A stretch of DNA of 64,000 nt from Eledone cirrhosa (taxonomy: Eukaryota), in assembly GCA_964016885.1 (NCBI GenBank), contig OZ024743.1:299398001-299462000 (forward strand). The letters run 5' to 3'. Below are positions 12,339-28,954 of this stretch, piece after piece. A program made the translations under genes and the position numbers. A model generated the notes under the pieces. It did not search any database and was not told the origin of the DNA. It saw only the letters and a list, made by a program, of their open reading frames with translations. The number at the start of each line of letters is the position of its first letter. Positions within the stretch are counted from its first letter, which is position 1.

Positions 12339-13963
12339 ATATTTGGGGAGGGTCATATTTGCGTAATATTGCCAGAATTAATAACAGAACACACTCACTG
12401 TTTGGTTGGTTTTCGCTTCTCGCTGTCTTTTATATATATATATCTGCGATCTAACTTACTCCACTTTCTCCACTCACACTATGCTAAACCCATGGCCTCC
12501 AAATACCTGATACTCAAAAACTCAGCAATGTCCAGTAGTGCTAAGTTTAATATTCTGATCGCAGATTTGGTACGAGTGATGAAGAATGTGTCCAGCATGT
12601 GCGACCCAACAGAAATGGAAGGACACATCCAACACTTCATCAACCGCATGCAGTTCTCTGGCTACAACCAAAGAGACAGAGTCAGAGTATACGAAGGAGC
12701 CATGGAAAAGTATAAGACCCTCATAGAACTGGACATGAAAGGAATTTGCCCACTATACAGGAGCAAATCATGGAATAGCTTAGATAGGGCTAGACATAAG
12801 ATAGGGAAGGCCACATCATGGTACGACAACCAGAGATATCAGAGTGTCATGTTTGTGGACGCCACCCCTGGAGGGAAATTAGCTAACCAGTGTAGAAAGG
12901 CCCTGAGAAAGACCCACTTAAAAATAAAGGTGGTAGAAAAGCCAGGAACCACCATAAAATCCCTGATCAGCAAAACCTACCCTTTTAAGAAAACCCACTG
13001 TACCAATAGGAAATGTATCATATGTAAGGTGAACCACCGGATAAACTGTAAAACTAGAAACGTAGTCTATAGCATAAGATGTACAGAGGGTACTTGCAGA
13101 AACACGACAACAACATACATAGGTGAGACAGCTCGTAGCATAGGTGAAAGGATAGACCAACACTGGGGGGAACTAAAAGGACGAAAAAACGGGTCAGTAC
13201 TATACGAACATGCTAGACAACATCATGACGGTAACATAGACAACATAGAAATTAGAATAATATCTAAACATAGGAATGACCCAGCAGATAGGCAAATCAG
13301 AGAGGCCAGTGAAATAGAAATTAGAAGACCAAAGCTAAACAGAAAGAATGAGTGGAACAACAACAACACCCAAACAAACAACACTGACCTAAGAGAAGTA
13401 TAAATAAATAAGTAAATTAAATTAAATAAAATAAGATAAATAAATACATACACAAGCACATAAACACACACTAGTCACCCAGCAGACACAACACTATACA
13501 CACTAGTCACACATCACACATAACACTATACACACACGCAAACGCATGCGCAAAGAAGACAAAATAAAATAAGATAAACAAACAAGCAAATAAATAAATA
13601 AATATATAGACAGACTGAACAAAAAAAAATGGCGTAGACATACAACACAACAGGAGGAACAATGAATATAACACCACTGACGATGTTGCAGATGTGCAAC
13701 GAAAGATTTATGTAAACTATATATATATGTGTTTGTCTATATTGTATCTGTATTATTTTTGACCGCCGGTCAGTCAATGGCAACATTGAGGACCGAGTAA
13801 GTTAGATCGCAGATATATATATATAAAAGACAGCGAGAAGCGAAAACCAACCAAACAGTGAGTGTGTTCTGTTATTAATTCTGGCAATATTACGCAAATA
13901 TGACCCTCCCCAAATATAACAATATCTGTTTCGACACACGATTTCATATAAAAAACCTCGCAA

Positions 13964-13966
<3 letters not shown>
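12333..13966 (+). mobile_element. 5'-truncated second PLE (Nematis-like) nested in the (TA)n of the Neptune-like 3' UTR
   Basis: Absent from the left arm. 12333-12460 is the reverse complement of about 13795-13923. Flanked by (TA)n. Possible decayed HHR at 13677-13710 (CTGACGA-tGTTGCAgatgTGCAAC-GAAA). Confidence 0.85.
12461..13403 (+). pseudogene. C-terminal PLE fragment: RT thumb, Cys linker, GIY-YIG
   Basis: HYAKPMAS..SAMS, MQFSGY, PLYRSKSW, MFVDATPGGKL, VVEKPG, CTNRKCIIC, NVVYSIRC..YIGETARSIGERIDQH, RQIREA. Clade assignment is from motif recollection. Confidence 0.85.
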
Positions 13967-14000
<34 letters not shown>

Positions 14001-14356
14001 ATATATGAATGTGTATATATATATAGTGAATATCATTTCACACCTTTTATTGTTAAGATTTTTGATGTTCTATTAAGAGAACCGGTTTTACTGAAAAAAT
14101 CGAATAATGTACACCATTTTACCAGGGGGAAAAAATACTGGTCCGCCCCCCACCCACCCCCACACACACATATATACACACACACATACACACGCGTACA
14201 TCAACATACAAAGAGACCTATATATACACACACACACACACGCACTTCTCCGTATAAGACAAAAGCTGAAAAATATCTTTTGACAGGCTAAAATACCCCC
14301 CCATTGCTTTCAGACACATTCTTACTGACCATCCCTGCCACCACGAATTACTCTGC

Positions 14357-14431
<75 letters not shown>

Positions 14432-14509
14432 ATCTTAATAGCCATTTGACACACATCGCTGCTAACAATTATCACAACATCGAACACCTTACTACTACTA
14501 CTACACACT

Positions 14510-14557
<48 letters not shown>

Positions 14558-15124
14558 CACACACACATACCCCCCCCCCCCCCCACACACACACATATTC
14601 GTTGTGAAAGAGTCATTTCTCAATCTTGGCGCAAAACCAATTTTTTATTCACATGACCTCTACCGACCAATCAAAATTGTTTTGACCACAAGAATTTTTG
14701 CAAACACCAAATAACGCTGGAGCCACTTTTTTAACATAAAAACAGTCTTGGCGCAAAATCAATTCTTTACATTCAAATGACCTCTACCGACCAATCAAAA
14801 TTGTTTTGACCACAAGAATTTTTGCAACACCAAAGTAACGCTGGAGCCACTTTTTTAACATAAAAACAGGTAGAATTCCCCAAACTAATCAGATCAGAGC
14901 AAACAGCACGGACACTCTATCTCAAAATTATTTTTGAAAAGCATTTAGAAATGCGCAACCGGTAAAAACTTAAAAACTTAAAACCACAACTGAATACTAA
15001 CCCATACAATCACGAATACTCTTTTATTCCTAATTAAACCATTTTTCAACTGTGAACAATTTGTCAGCATTTTCTTTTCCGTTTACCAATATATAATAAC
15101 TTGTGTGTTACACCTCCATTCTTT

Positions 15125-15250
<126 letters not shown>

Positions 15251-15332
15251 AACATACCCAGGAGCTGGACATATCGATGAATTGACAGAGTGGAACACAT
15301 TTCAACACCATGTCTTTCTACATTGATTCATA

Positions 15333-15385
15333 CTGCCTGAAGAGATCACAGCCAATAATAGCTGTCACTAAAATATATATAGCAG
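15333..15385 (+). ncRNA. Decayed type I hammerhead
   Basis: CTGC-CTGAAGA-gatcACAGCcaataataGCTGTcact-AAAA(for GAAA)-TATATATA-GCAG; stem I extends CATT..ATTC / GAAT..AATG. Confidence 0.55.
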
Positions 15386-15430
15386 AGAATTTATAATGAA
15401 TGAGGCCAAATTTAATATGTTTGACTTACT

Positions 15431-15466
<36 letters not shown>

Positions 15467-16032
15467 CCATGTGTAAATAGGTTTACAATACGTATATTTT
15501 TTTAAGAAAGATAACGAAGATGTGGTAGCTATTTCCAGCATGTCAGTCGACCTGGTCAGTCGACCACTTGTTGGCTCATTTGTGATAATTAAATGTGCAT
15601 GAAAGAGAGGTATAATAATAATACTGTTTATGATTTATAGTACCCTTGTAGTTAGGGGATGGTGTTAGAGGTTGATGACGCTAGCATCGTGTTTGTTGTT
15701 TGTTGTAGTTGTTGCTGATGTTATTGATGTTGTCCGTAGTAGTAGAGGTGATGGCAATTTCAATGATTGATGATAAATTCTCATATTCTATTCCTCTAGT
15801 TGTTGTATTACTGCTTTCGTTTTTGTTGTTAATAATATTTGTGTTCGTGCTGTTATTCATATTAATTCTGCAGTTGGTAATAGCTAATTTTTCGTTGTAT
15901 TTGTTGATCTATTACAGGTGTTATTGGTTATTTCCTGTTTCTGGTCTAGGTGTCACTTAATGTACACAGATATCTGATCGGTTTTGCAATGACAGCAAAA
16001 AAACAAAAAACAAAAAAAAACAAATATCAGAG

Positions 16033-16033
<1 letters not shown>

Positions 16034-16094
<61 letters not shown>

Positions 16095-16345
16095 GCTACA
16101 ACAGGATCATCAGTAACATATTGATGATGATGATTATCATCATCATCGTCATCATCAACATCATCATCATCATTACATCCCCAGCACCACCATCACTACC
16201 ACCACAACCACTACCACCACTATCATCATCATCATCAACATCATCATCATCATCATCCTCATCATCAGTAGTAGAAGTAGTAGTAGTATTAGTAATAGTA
16301 GTTGTTAGTCGTGTTATTGTTGTGCTGGTAGAAGTGATAGTAGTA
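16034..16345. repeat. Compound trinucleotide microsatellite (ACT/CAT/CCA/GTA)
   Basis: Directly visible runs. Confidence 0.9.
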
Positions 16346-16671
16346 GTTATTGTTGCTGTTGAGAAGTAGTGATATTATAATGGTGCTTGAGGTCGTTGTT
16401 AAAGAAGCAGTTGATACTGATTAAATTATTGCTGCAGTAGTAGTAGATGACATTTCAGCTAAAAACTTTAGTAATATTAGTAGTGGTCGTGGTGGTGGTG
16501 CTGGTCATTTCTTGTAGTCTTGATGAGGGTAGAGTTATGGTGGTGGTGGTGGTTGTCTAGTGATGGTTTCGAATGCAGCAAGCAACTGAAAGAGAGCAAT
16601 TTATCAACATGTTCAAGTCTAGAGTAGCAGCTCATACGTGAGATTCATACTTAAAATACTGAATATTATGC

Positions 16672-16707
<36 letters not shown>

Positions 16708-16944
16708 GACAGACATACACATGTAATTACACTCACATGCATTGTAGTACAATCACGGAGGAAAACGTACACACACGCACAGCCACACACAAATACAACA
16801 GAGAAATATTTACATGCATACATAAGTACAGAAACATGTATGTACACCAATCCAAATTAAAAAAAGGCTGACATGTCTTTCACTTTCTCTCTTCACATAC
16901 TTTGGTCACAAATATAATCAGTCATATACACACAAAGTTATACA

Positions 16945-17045
<101 letters not shown>

Positions 17046-17561
17046 CTATATATGTATACATACGCAAAATGTCTGGAAAACGTTGTGGAACAACGGGTCT
17101 CAAACATATACTTTTACACATACACACAAAATCATACACGCCAATACACAAGGAATCGGAAAAATACAGCCATATATACAGACATATCGATAAGTAAATG
17201 TAGAAGAGAATATACACACATTGCTACATTAAGTGCATTCATTTACAAGAATACACACACTAACAGACAATGAAACAGAAAATCTCATTCATCAATACGC
17301 ATAATACTTACGCATGCAAGCCGAAGCATGACTGTATATTTATTTGGTGAATGTATTCAAATGAATATTGGCAAAAATGCGCAAATGTTTGTTCTATTCG
17401 TCGTCCTATCCATTTCTTCTAAACTTATAATTCCCATGTTTAAGTCATGAATGGCACAAATTCAATTAGTATGTGACCGAAAATAATAATATATGATAAT
17501 ATGACAAACTACTTGATAAGTAATAACTCTTATCCTATATTGACGTCAGCATATAAGGAGT

Positions 17562-18513
<952 letters not shown>

Positions 18514-18652
18514 TCTATAGACGGAAGAAAGTGGCAGTAGCCGCTACAGGGAAACAAATTCTTAACTTCTCTCTAATAGTAGCGGATACAATTACTTTCG
18601 TCCGCCAATAGGAGTATTTTACCCGGTTCTCTAAGTTATTATTTATAGCAAT

Positions 18653-18906
18653 CGTGTTGAACCGAGCGAGACACTTTATTTGATGTTGCTCCAGTTTATT
18701 CAACTCTAGAAATAAGTTGCGATGTCATTGGTGCTAGGCTTTATCAGCCTTTGCCTTTCTCTTGGAAAACATCGGTGATGTCGAGAGGGGAGGATGGAAG
18801 AAATGGGCGACTGCTGGCCCTCCACAAACAACCTTGTCCAGATTTGTGTTTCGCAGGGGAATTTTCTAGTTGCAAATCCGATGGTCAGTCGTAACCGGAC
18901 TGGGTC
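18653..18906 (+). mobile_element. SINE remnant (cephalopod-type)
   Basis: GAGCGAGACACTTTATTTGATGTTGCTCCAGT matches in reverse GGACTGGAGCAACTTGAAATAAAATGTTTTGCTC at about 58702-58736, a CORE-like SINE segment. Confidence 0.6.
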
Positions 18907-19714
18907 ATTCCATTTTAACCATTTTACAGTTGCAAATCCGATGGTACAGTAATGTCGTAGACTGTGTGAGGTTTTGTGATAATCCCTATTAATACTGAAT
19001 AATGTATGCCACTTGAGAACTAGGGAAACTAGACTACCTATTCAATTCCTCAGTAATTATATCATGAAGATAGAAGCAATAATGTACGTGAACTGAGACT
19101 TACTCTGACTGGGTGAGAAACAGGAATGTAAATAGAATTTTTTAGACATAATATCCTGTTACCGGTAATTGCTTCTAGAGAGAAAATTCAAGGATGTGAA
19201 TAAAACGTTATATGCATTCTTCAAAAACCAATGTATGTGCAAGGAAGAAGACTTGCTTAATCCTTTTTCTCTGATACAAATGCTTCTGTCCTATTTCTCT
19301 GTTCCATTTCATCTGAATTAATGGTGAGCAGGCTTGTGTTCGTGTGATTAAAGTTGATTAAACTAAGTGTATGATCAGTCTGTGTGTAAGTGTGTGTGAG
19401 TGTGCGAATTTCATTCATATATGTTTCTGTATCGTCAATGAGTGTGTGTTTGTATGCATGTATGGATGGGTGGGTGGGTATCCGTATGCGTATGTGTGCA
19501 TGTATAGCTGTGTTGTGTGTATGTCCAAGTGTGCGTGTGTTCATATGTGAACTAAGACTGTTTATCAAGGGTGTATATGTGTATGTTATAATTTCTGAGT
19601 GTGTGTTCTATGTAAGTGTGCTGTGTATTATTTGAGAGTTTGCGTGTATATATGCGTGCTTTCGATTTTTATTATATCTCCAGCCTAGCAAGCCTATATC
19701 TATATTCATCTATC

Positions 19715-19756
<42 letters not shown>

Positions 19757-21693
19757 AGTATAATAGTTGAAAACTGGTGGGTTATATCCGTCCGTAATAG
19801 TAGAGCACTCACTCCATGGGACGAGTTTAGTAGCAGTAGTTCACCATACAGAGAACAAGTACATATATATATATATAAGCGAATTATAAATGTAAACATG
19901 TAAGTATGTTTTTGAAACGGTGCGCGAGTTTGAAAATTAGAAATTAGAAATTATAAGCTTTCACTGTATTTTAGACTAAAGAAATTTCTAGCCTCATAGT
20001 GGGGTTTAAAACCGTCGGAGAAATGGAAAAAGATGAGTGTTGCCGTACATGTACGGATTCTTCGGAGCAACTATTTACTGATCTATAACATACTTGACCT
20101 CCTTTTCAACCCAAGAGACATATAAGACATATGCGCATATTGATCAAAAGTGGGGTGACATTCATCAAATGATATAGCATGGCAATTTACATATAAAGGT
20201 TACAGGATAAAAATAAAAATAAAAATAAAAATAAAAATAAAAACAAAAATGAAAATAAAGATAAACATGAAGCGTTGGCAGTCTATGAAGATAAAGCAAG
20301 AGGAAAGTTTAGAGTAGTCAGTGTATGAAACAATCTCACGTGTAGCATGCACGCGTGTCTTATTTATACATGATTAGAGTGCGTCAGAATGATATTTGCA
20401 GGGTCAGGCAGTTGAAGCAGGCAATCGATCTTATTATGTGGGCTGAATTATTAAGTCATTTATTCGCATACATCTGTATGATATACAGTCCCGGATGCAG
20501 GGAAACACCAAAATATCAGAAACTTTCAACATACTATAAACCTTATTGTATCGTAGGCAAAGCCGTACCACTGTCTTCGCTCACCACTCACATAATCCAT
20601 GAGACACAATATATAGAACACGTGTCTATCGTATAATTCACGATGGTTCGGCATATAATCAAGTTATATACCGTATCCAGTCGGTTCTTAATTAATAGAT
20701 CATACTGTTTAGATTCCGGAAGTGTCTGAATGACTAAGGGGAGTTAAAGCGTAAGGGGAGGTAACTAGCTAGTTATCTTGGTTAAATTATTATCCTAAAC
20801 TACATTAATGGTGATTCAAATACGTGCCTATCATATGAAGTTATAACTAATTTCTAGAGTATGTTTCCCATTTATAGGTTAGAGAGTTGTCCATTAAGAA
20901 GTACAAGGGTGTATATATTAGGATGATTACCATCCAATAAGGGGTGTCATATCTGAACATTCTATAAGAGGAGTCAGACTCTCAAATCACTGTTCCATAC
21001 AAATGTAATATAACAGTAGGACCTGGTATGGTCCCACTATTATATATGCCCCCTGGTAGGCTCCGGGTCATTGCATGTCTGAATCTCCGGTAAATCTGAA
21101 TACCTTCGGGGTGGTCCGGAGATCTAATTTCTCACATAAAGGCACTAGTCTGGTCATCAAGCAATAGACAACCCCCATCTCATATATAAATCAATTAGTT
21201 ATCACATCTACAAGTTAGAGTGGAGTCTATTAATAGGTACTAAAGGAGTTCATATCATGATGATTACAATCTGGAGATTAAATCTCTCACACCAGGATAC
21301 CTGTCTGGCCACCAAGCAATACATAAACCCGCATCCCACATATAGATCAGGTGTCCCATCCACAAGTTAGAGTGGAGTCCAGTAACAAGTACTAAGGGAG
21401 TTCATATCATGAAGACTACAATCCAACATGGGGTGCCACACCTGGCCAATCCATAAGAAGAGTCAGACTACATAATTAATTACATGGGTCTCACTATCAG
21501 TAATGGTCTTATTATCGTACATGACTCCCGGCGAGATTCAGGTCGTAGTATGACTGCATCCCCAGTAAATTCACCAGGGTGGTCCAGTGGCCGGTTCTCT
21601 CGTCAAAAGATGCCGGTCAGGTCACCAGGCAACACAGTCACTAGACCCCATAGCAATGTCGAAGTTGTTTTGCGTATCCTTGCGGGTCCATAA

Positions 21694-23185
21694 TTGGTCT
21701 TCAATAATTTAGTTGGCCTATACTTACTTAACCAAATCCACAGGGAACTTCCGTACCTCAGCGGTGGTTTGTATCGCGACGATGCACTTCTACTTATAGA
21801 CTATAAAAAATTCAATATAGAAAGGACTAGAAAACTATTGCACAAAACATTCAAAAACTTTAACCTTAGTATTACCATGGACAGAAACACCAAAAACGTC
21901 AACTTCCTAGACGCCACACTCTACCTAGACTCAATGATATATGCACCTTTCCACAAACCTAATGAAAAACTCATCTACGTAGATACCAAGTCTAACCACC
22001 CTAAATCTATATTGAACTCTATCTCTAAGGGAATATCTAATAGAATCTCTAATCTATCCTATGACGTAAACACATTTAACAATAACTCGCAGTATTATAA
22101 TCAGGCATTAGCTAGATCAGGCCATAATACAGGGATAGAGTTCCTACCTACAAAAACACATAGCTACAACATCATTTCACACAACATGTCCATGGGAAAA
22201 TTTAATAATAGGAATAGCAACTGCACACACACTAATAGGGATAGTAACAACAAAAGTAACCCGCACCACAGAAATTACCATAGGAACATTAAAGGAAACA
22301 AATCACCAGACATAAAAAACAGAAATAGAGGGAAGAAATAATACATTTTTCAACCCTCCTTTCAATTTAAACGTCTCTACCAACCTACCTAGGGCTTCCT
22401 TCTCACTACTAGATAAACACTTCCCATCCGGCCACAGGTACCACGGCCTTTTAAACAAAAACACTATTAAGATCTCATATTCTACTACGCCTAACTTAGC
22501 ATACCACATAGCTAGTACAAATAAAAGAAAAATTAACTCTTACTTCCAACAAACTAAATCACAACAGTCGATAAACCTTCAAAATAACATTCAAAATAAC
22601 AGTCAAAGTAACATTATAGCAACTAACCGTAATATCAATGGAAATAATAGTAATAGCACTAGTGTAAACATTAACGCTACGTACCACAACCCACATAACC
22701 ATAACCCTATAGCTAACATCCAAACTTCTACACAGCATAGTAACCGGCAGACTAGCACCCAGAGTAATTGTAACTGTAGATCAAGTAGAACCTGCCCTTT
22801 AGATAAAAAATGCTTAACCAAGGATATCATATACTCATGTACAGTCACAACTAACAACTCTTCTGAAACCTATATAGGCTCTACTTCTAACTGCTTCAAA
22901 ACTAGATACAATTCGCACCTCCACTCTTTCAAAAAACACAGTCTAGCCAACTCCACTTCACTATCCAGCTACATACACTATCTAAAAACTAAAAATAAAA
23001 TATATACACTTAAATGGGAAGTGGTAGGTAGTGCAACATCGTACAAACCACCTAATAAATCATACTATCATCTTCATACTATCATCTTCTCTAAACATAA
23101 TCTCCTTAATAAAAAATCAGAAGTGTTCGCAACTTGCCAACACCGCTTCCGACACTCGTTCCAAAACTTTAAACCCTATATATAA
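21694..23185 (+). pseudogene. PLE RT C-terminal half plus GIY-YIG (Naiad-like), frameshifted
   Basis: GGLYRDD, VNFLD, PFHKPN..YV..SNHP; after a frameshift near 22340: FNPPF, LDKHFP, NKNTIKISYS, CNCRSSRTCPL (CxCx5C), IIYSC..TYIGST..RYNSH, LNKKSE..C.H. Confidence 0.85.
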
Positions 23186-25110
23186 TAATGTCAGACTGGA
23201 ACCGGCACCACCCCTAGCAATTAACATCAGTAGCTCACCTTACACCTCACATCCACACCCATTTATATACTCTAAAGATAATACTGACAGCATTTTAGTA
23301 CCACCTACCCTGGGAATACCCCCTTGTACCTCTAATTCTGATATCTCGACCGTGGACTACTTAAACTGCATTGCACAAGTATAAGATTAGTATAAACCGC
23401 GGACACGGTACTGGTTGCGATAACATAGTCCTGTGCATGGATTGCCACCAAGAGATAGATTGATGATTAGATAGATAATCGTATTGTTATGTGAATATAT
23501 ACTGTAAACGATCAGTTCAATGAACTATGCACAGGTGATGCACGAGTTAGGAGCCTCTGTGTTGCCTGGTGACCTGACCGGCATCTTTTGACGAGAGAAC
23601 CGGCCACTGGACCACCCTGGTGAATTTATGGGGATGCAGTCATACTACGACCTGAATCTCGCCGGGAGTCATGTACGATAATAAGACCATTACTGATAGT
23701 GAGACCCATGTAATTAATTATGTAGTCTGACTCTTCTTATGGATTGGCCAGGTGTGGCACCCCATGTTGGATTGTAGTCTTCATGATATGAACTCCCTTA
23801 GTACTTGTTACTGGACTCCACTCTAACTTGTGGATGGGACACCTGATCTATATGTGGGATGCGGGTTTATGTATTGCTTGGTGGCCAGACAGGTGTCCTG
23901 GTGTGAGAGATTTAATCTCCAGATTGTAATCATCATGATATGAACTCCTTTAGTACCTATTAATAGACTCCACTCTAACTTGTAGATGTGATACCTAATT
24001 GATTTATATATGAGATGGGGGTTGTCTATTGCTTGATGACCAGACTAGTGCCTTTATGTGAGAAATTAGATCTCCGGACCACCCCGAAGGTATTCAGATT
24101 TACCGGAGATTCAGACATGCAATGACCCGGAGCCTACCAGGGGGCATATATAATAGTGGGACCATACCAGGTCCTACTGTTATATTACATTTGCATGGAA
24201 CAGTGATTTGAGAGTCTGACTCCTCTTATAGAATGTTCAGATATGACACCCCTTATTGGATGGTAATCATCCTAATATATACACCCTTGTACTTCTTAAT
24301 GGACAACTCTCTAACCTATAAATGGGAAACATACTCTAGAAATTAGTTATAACTTCATATGATAGGCACGTATTTGAATCACCATTAATGTAGTTTAGGA
24401 TAATAATTTAACCAAGATAACTAGCTAGTTACCTCCCCTTACGCTTTAACTCCCCTTAGTCATTCAGACACTTCCGGAATCTAAACAGTATGATCTATTA
24501 ATTAAGAACCGACTGGATACGGTATATAACTTGATTATATGCCGAACCATCGTGAATTATACGATAGACACGTGTTCTATATATTGTGTCTCATGGATTA
24601 TGTGAGTGGTGAGCGAAGACAGTGGTACGGCTTTGCCTACGATACAATAAGGTTTATAGTATGTTGAAAGTTTCTGATATTTTGGTGTTTCCCTGCATCC
24701 GGGACTGTATATCATACAGATGTATGCGAATAAATGACTTAATAATTCAGCCCACATAATAAGATCGATTGCCTGCTTCAACTGCCTGACCCTGCAAATA
24801 TCATTCTGACGCACTCTAATTATGTATAAATAAGACACGCGTGCATGCTACACGTGAGATTGTTTCATACACTGACTACTCTAAACTTTCCTCTTGCTTT
24901 ATCTTCATAGACTGCCAACGCTTCATGTTTATCTTTATTTTCATTTTTGTTCTTATTTTTATTTTTATTTTTATCCTGTAACCTTTATATGTAAATTGCC
25001 ATGCTATATCATTTGATGAATGTCACCCCACTGTTGATCAATATGCGCATATGTCTTATATGTCTCTTGGGTTGAAAAGGAGGTCAAGTATGTTATAGAT
25101 CAGTAAATAG

Positions 25111-25159
25111 TTGCTCCGAAGAACCCAAACCTCGGTTTGGAGGAAACAATTGTAAGCAA
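25111..25159 (+). ncRNA. Type I hammerhead variant (U4C)
   Basis: TTGCT-CCGAAGA-acCCAAACCtcGGTTTGGag-GAAA-CAATTGTA-AGCAA; 5-bp stem I, palindromic stem III ACAATTGT, GUA site. Confidence 0.7.
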
Positions 25160-25364
25160 ATAAATGACTTAAACTGAACTTTGATTATTGTAATCTCTAT
25201 ATAACTGCTCCGTAAAACAACTGATGTTATTACATTGAGCTACTTATCTTACTGGTAATAGGATAGTAATTAATGACTATCTTTCACTATTTAAGGTTTG
25301 TATAAATAATATATTACCATTAAAGGTTTTATTACATACATAACCATAAATAGTATCCTTAATA

Positions 25365-25432
<68 letters not shown>

Positions 25433-26123
25433 AATATGATAATAAGGGCGCTGCGGAGTTGCAAATGGGTTACATATGAAAAAAGTGTGTCCTTCATCAG
25501 TGATCTTCCAACTATCATAGGCATTTCATCGCTTTAAAGACCATATACCTCCGGTTGGTGCGAGCAACGGCTAAAAAAAGTCGTTGGGACACGTAAATAA
25601 AGGGGACGCGAGGGTAAACAAACAAAATGGTGAGGCAACAGAAAGTGAGGAAGAAGGAGACAAGTCCCAGATTTCTATGAATTTAAGTTCGGTGAAATCG
25701 TGAACGAGAGAATAAAGACCATCAAACCTGGTTGAAATGTGAGCAAGGAAGGAATTTCGCACAGGTCTAACGGGAGGAAGGAGGGGTCTGGTCTGCGAAT
25801 TCGGTAAACATAAGTTCTGTGAAATCGTAGACGAAAGAGAAAAAATTCCGACCAGCTTGGCCGAGAATGTGAGAGAAAAGAGTTACTCACAGGTCAAACG
25901 GGAAGAAAGAGGAGGAGGAGGAGAGGTATAGTGATAGAGAATGAGTGAGTGAAGGGTGAGGTGAGGAAGAGGCTAACAGAGAGAGAGACTGCTATAAAGG
26001 GTAAAGATACATAGAATGAAAAAGACGGTGTAGCAGCAGAGGAAAAAATATGTGTAAACATGATAATAAGGGCGCTGCGGAGTTGCAAATGGGTTACATA
26101 TGAAAAAAGTTTGTCCCTCATCA

Positions 26124-26950
<827 letters not shown>

Positions 26951-27215
26951 CCCTTGTGGAGGCGTCTCTTGATGAGCCTTATCAACCTTACATCGATGAT
27001 ACATATATAAAATGTATATTGCTCCAAACAGTTTCGGTAAAACAGCATCGGGACTTTGAATAAAAAATAGGTTTAATTTGACTATTGTTCCCTCGTATTT
27101 TGTATCTGATATATATATATACATATATAGACACACACACACACATACATACATATGCACATAAATATACATATATATATATATATATTTATACACACAC
27201 ATACATACATACATA

Positions 27216-27279
<64 letters not shown>

Positions 27280-27285
<6 letters not shown>

Positions 27286-27396
27286 TTGTAATATAATGAA
27301 ACGAAATTTCATTTCTCACTCTTCGTACGGCACTTACTTAAATGTAAGTATGTATGTATACGTACATACATATATGTATACAGACGTACAGTAGCA

Positions 27397-27460
<64 letters not shown>

Positions 27461-28270
27461 CACATATACATACAGGTACACATACGTATATGTACGTATC
27501 AGTTTAGCGGATGTTTATTATAACGCCCGCTTTGTCCGTTTGTAAACAAGCGGACAGCCTGCATTTATGCCGTACGGTGTTAAGGCAACCACGTCACCTT
27601 TTTGTTCAACACTGACACAGGAACGATGTACTAGTTTCAAGCTTCTTAGCTATCATCAGCACCGTTTACCCTTCTGCCAGATAGTTGAACGTTCGAAAGT
27701 ATATACTTTCCTTATGAAAATTAACGGCTGAGCAGCCTAATTTGCATATCGAGTGAGTTCAGTCGGCCAGGCGTACTGAAAACGATAAGTTGTAATATAA
27801 TGAAACGAATATATATATAAACGGAAAAAATGGAACGAAATTTCATTTCCCACTCTTAGTACGGATGTTACTTAAATATAAGTATGTACACGTACATACA
27901 TATATGTATACAGACGTACAGTAGTATGTATATATATATATATATACATACATGCACACCTATATAGTTGTACGTATGGATTCACCGAACATTTATTATA
28001 ATGCTCGGTGTGTCTGTAAACAAACATCCCGTATTAAGCCGTAGTGTCCAGAAACCATCGTTGCTCGTTTGTTCAATACTAACAAAGGAACGCTGTACTA
28101 GTTTCAAGCTTATTAGCTATCGTCAGCAACGTATACCTTCCTGCCACATTGTTGAATGTATATACTTACCTTATGCATATTAACGGCTGAGAAGACCGAT
28201 TTGCATATCGAGTGGGTTAATCGGCCCGGTGCACCGAAAACGATAAACGGAAAAAATGAAACGAAATTTT
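27280..28270. repeat. Diverged tandem duplication, unit about 500 bp
   Basis: GTACTAGTTTCAAGCTT at about 27628 and 28096; TTAACGGCTGAG..ATTTGCATATCGAGTG at about 27721 and 28180. Confidence 0.7.
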
Positions 28271-28858
28271 GTGTTGGAGGAAGAACGTACCCAAATGTCT
28301 TTGCTTTTGTTTTCACCTTTGCATGAACTAAGGAAAAGCGATGTATAAAAAATTAATTTATTCAATAACTAAATATGAACCAAAAGCAAACTGGTTGCAC
28401 TTCAGCTAACATATAACACATAATCCCGTTTATATTGAAACCAGAGTTCTGTCACTTGTGATGAAAACATATATGCGACAGCAAAAATATATCCCTGGTC
28501 TTAGAAAGAATGTAAGTGGCGCATAAGGGGACGAGTTAAAATACAGTCCGCATCATCAAAAATGTATCTCTGAATATCAAAATTCGAAAAGCTATCCATA
28601 GTTGAAAGCGTTCAATGCAAATAAAACAAAAAAAACAAAACAAAGTAAACAAAACAAAAATGTTCACAACAGTAAATCTTTCTATGAGGACCGTTAATAA
28701 CAAATAAAATATATACATTGTTTTGTGTGAAATAATTTCGTTTAGTTGTGCGTTTCATATTTGGTGCAGATCTGTATTGTTTATATATAACGTGATTTGT
28801 TCAAAACTGTTTCGTTTTCTCACATTTAAACTCTCCCTCTCTCTCTCCCTCCCTCTCT

Positions 28859-28937
<79 letters not shown>

Positions 28938-28954
28938 ATATTATTCAAAATATT

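Larger units (their letters stand above)
20058..25366 (+). mobile_element. 5'-truncated Naiad-like PLE preceded by an inverted copy of its 3' UTR
   Basis: Arms 20058-21637 and 23557-25123 are near-identical inverted repeats enclosing the coding remnant. 3' end runs into (TA)n at 25367. HHR variant at 25111-25159. Confidence 0.88.

Noticed and set aside
21694-23185. Selenocysteine-encoding Naiad
   Set aside because: The conserved Cys codons read (CNC..C..C) are TGT/TGC, not in-frame TGA; no SECIS recognised.
20058-25123. DNA transposon with long terminal inverted repeats
   Set aside because: Enclosed ORF is a truncated PLE RT/GIY-YIG, the element continues past the right arm, and no transposase or TSD is seen.
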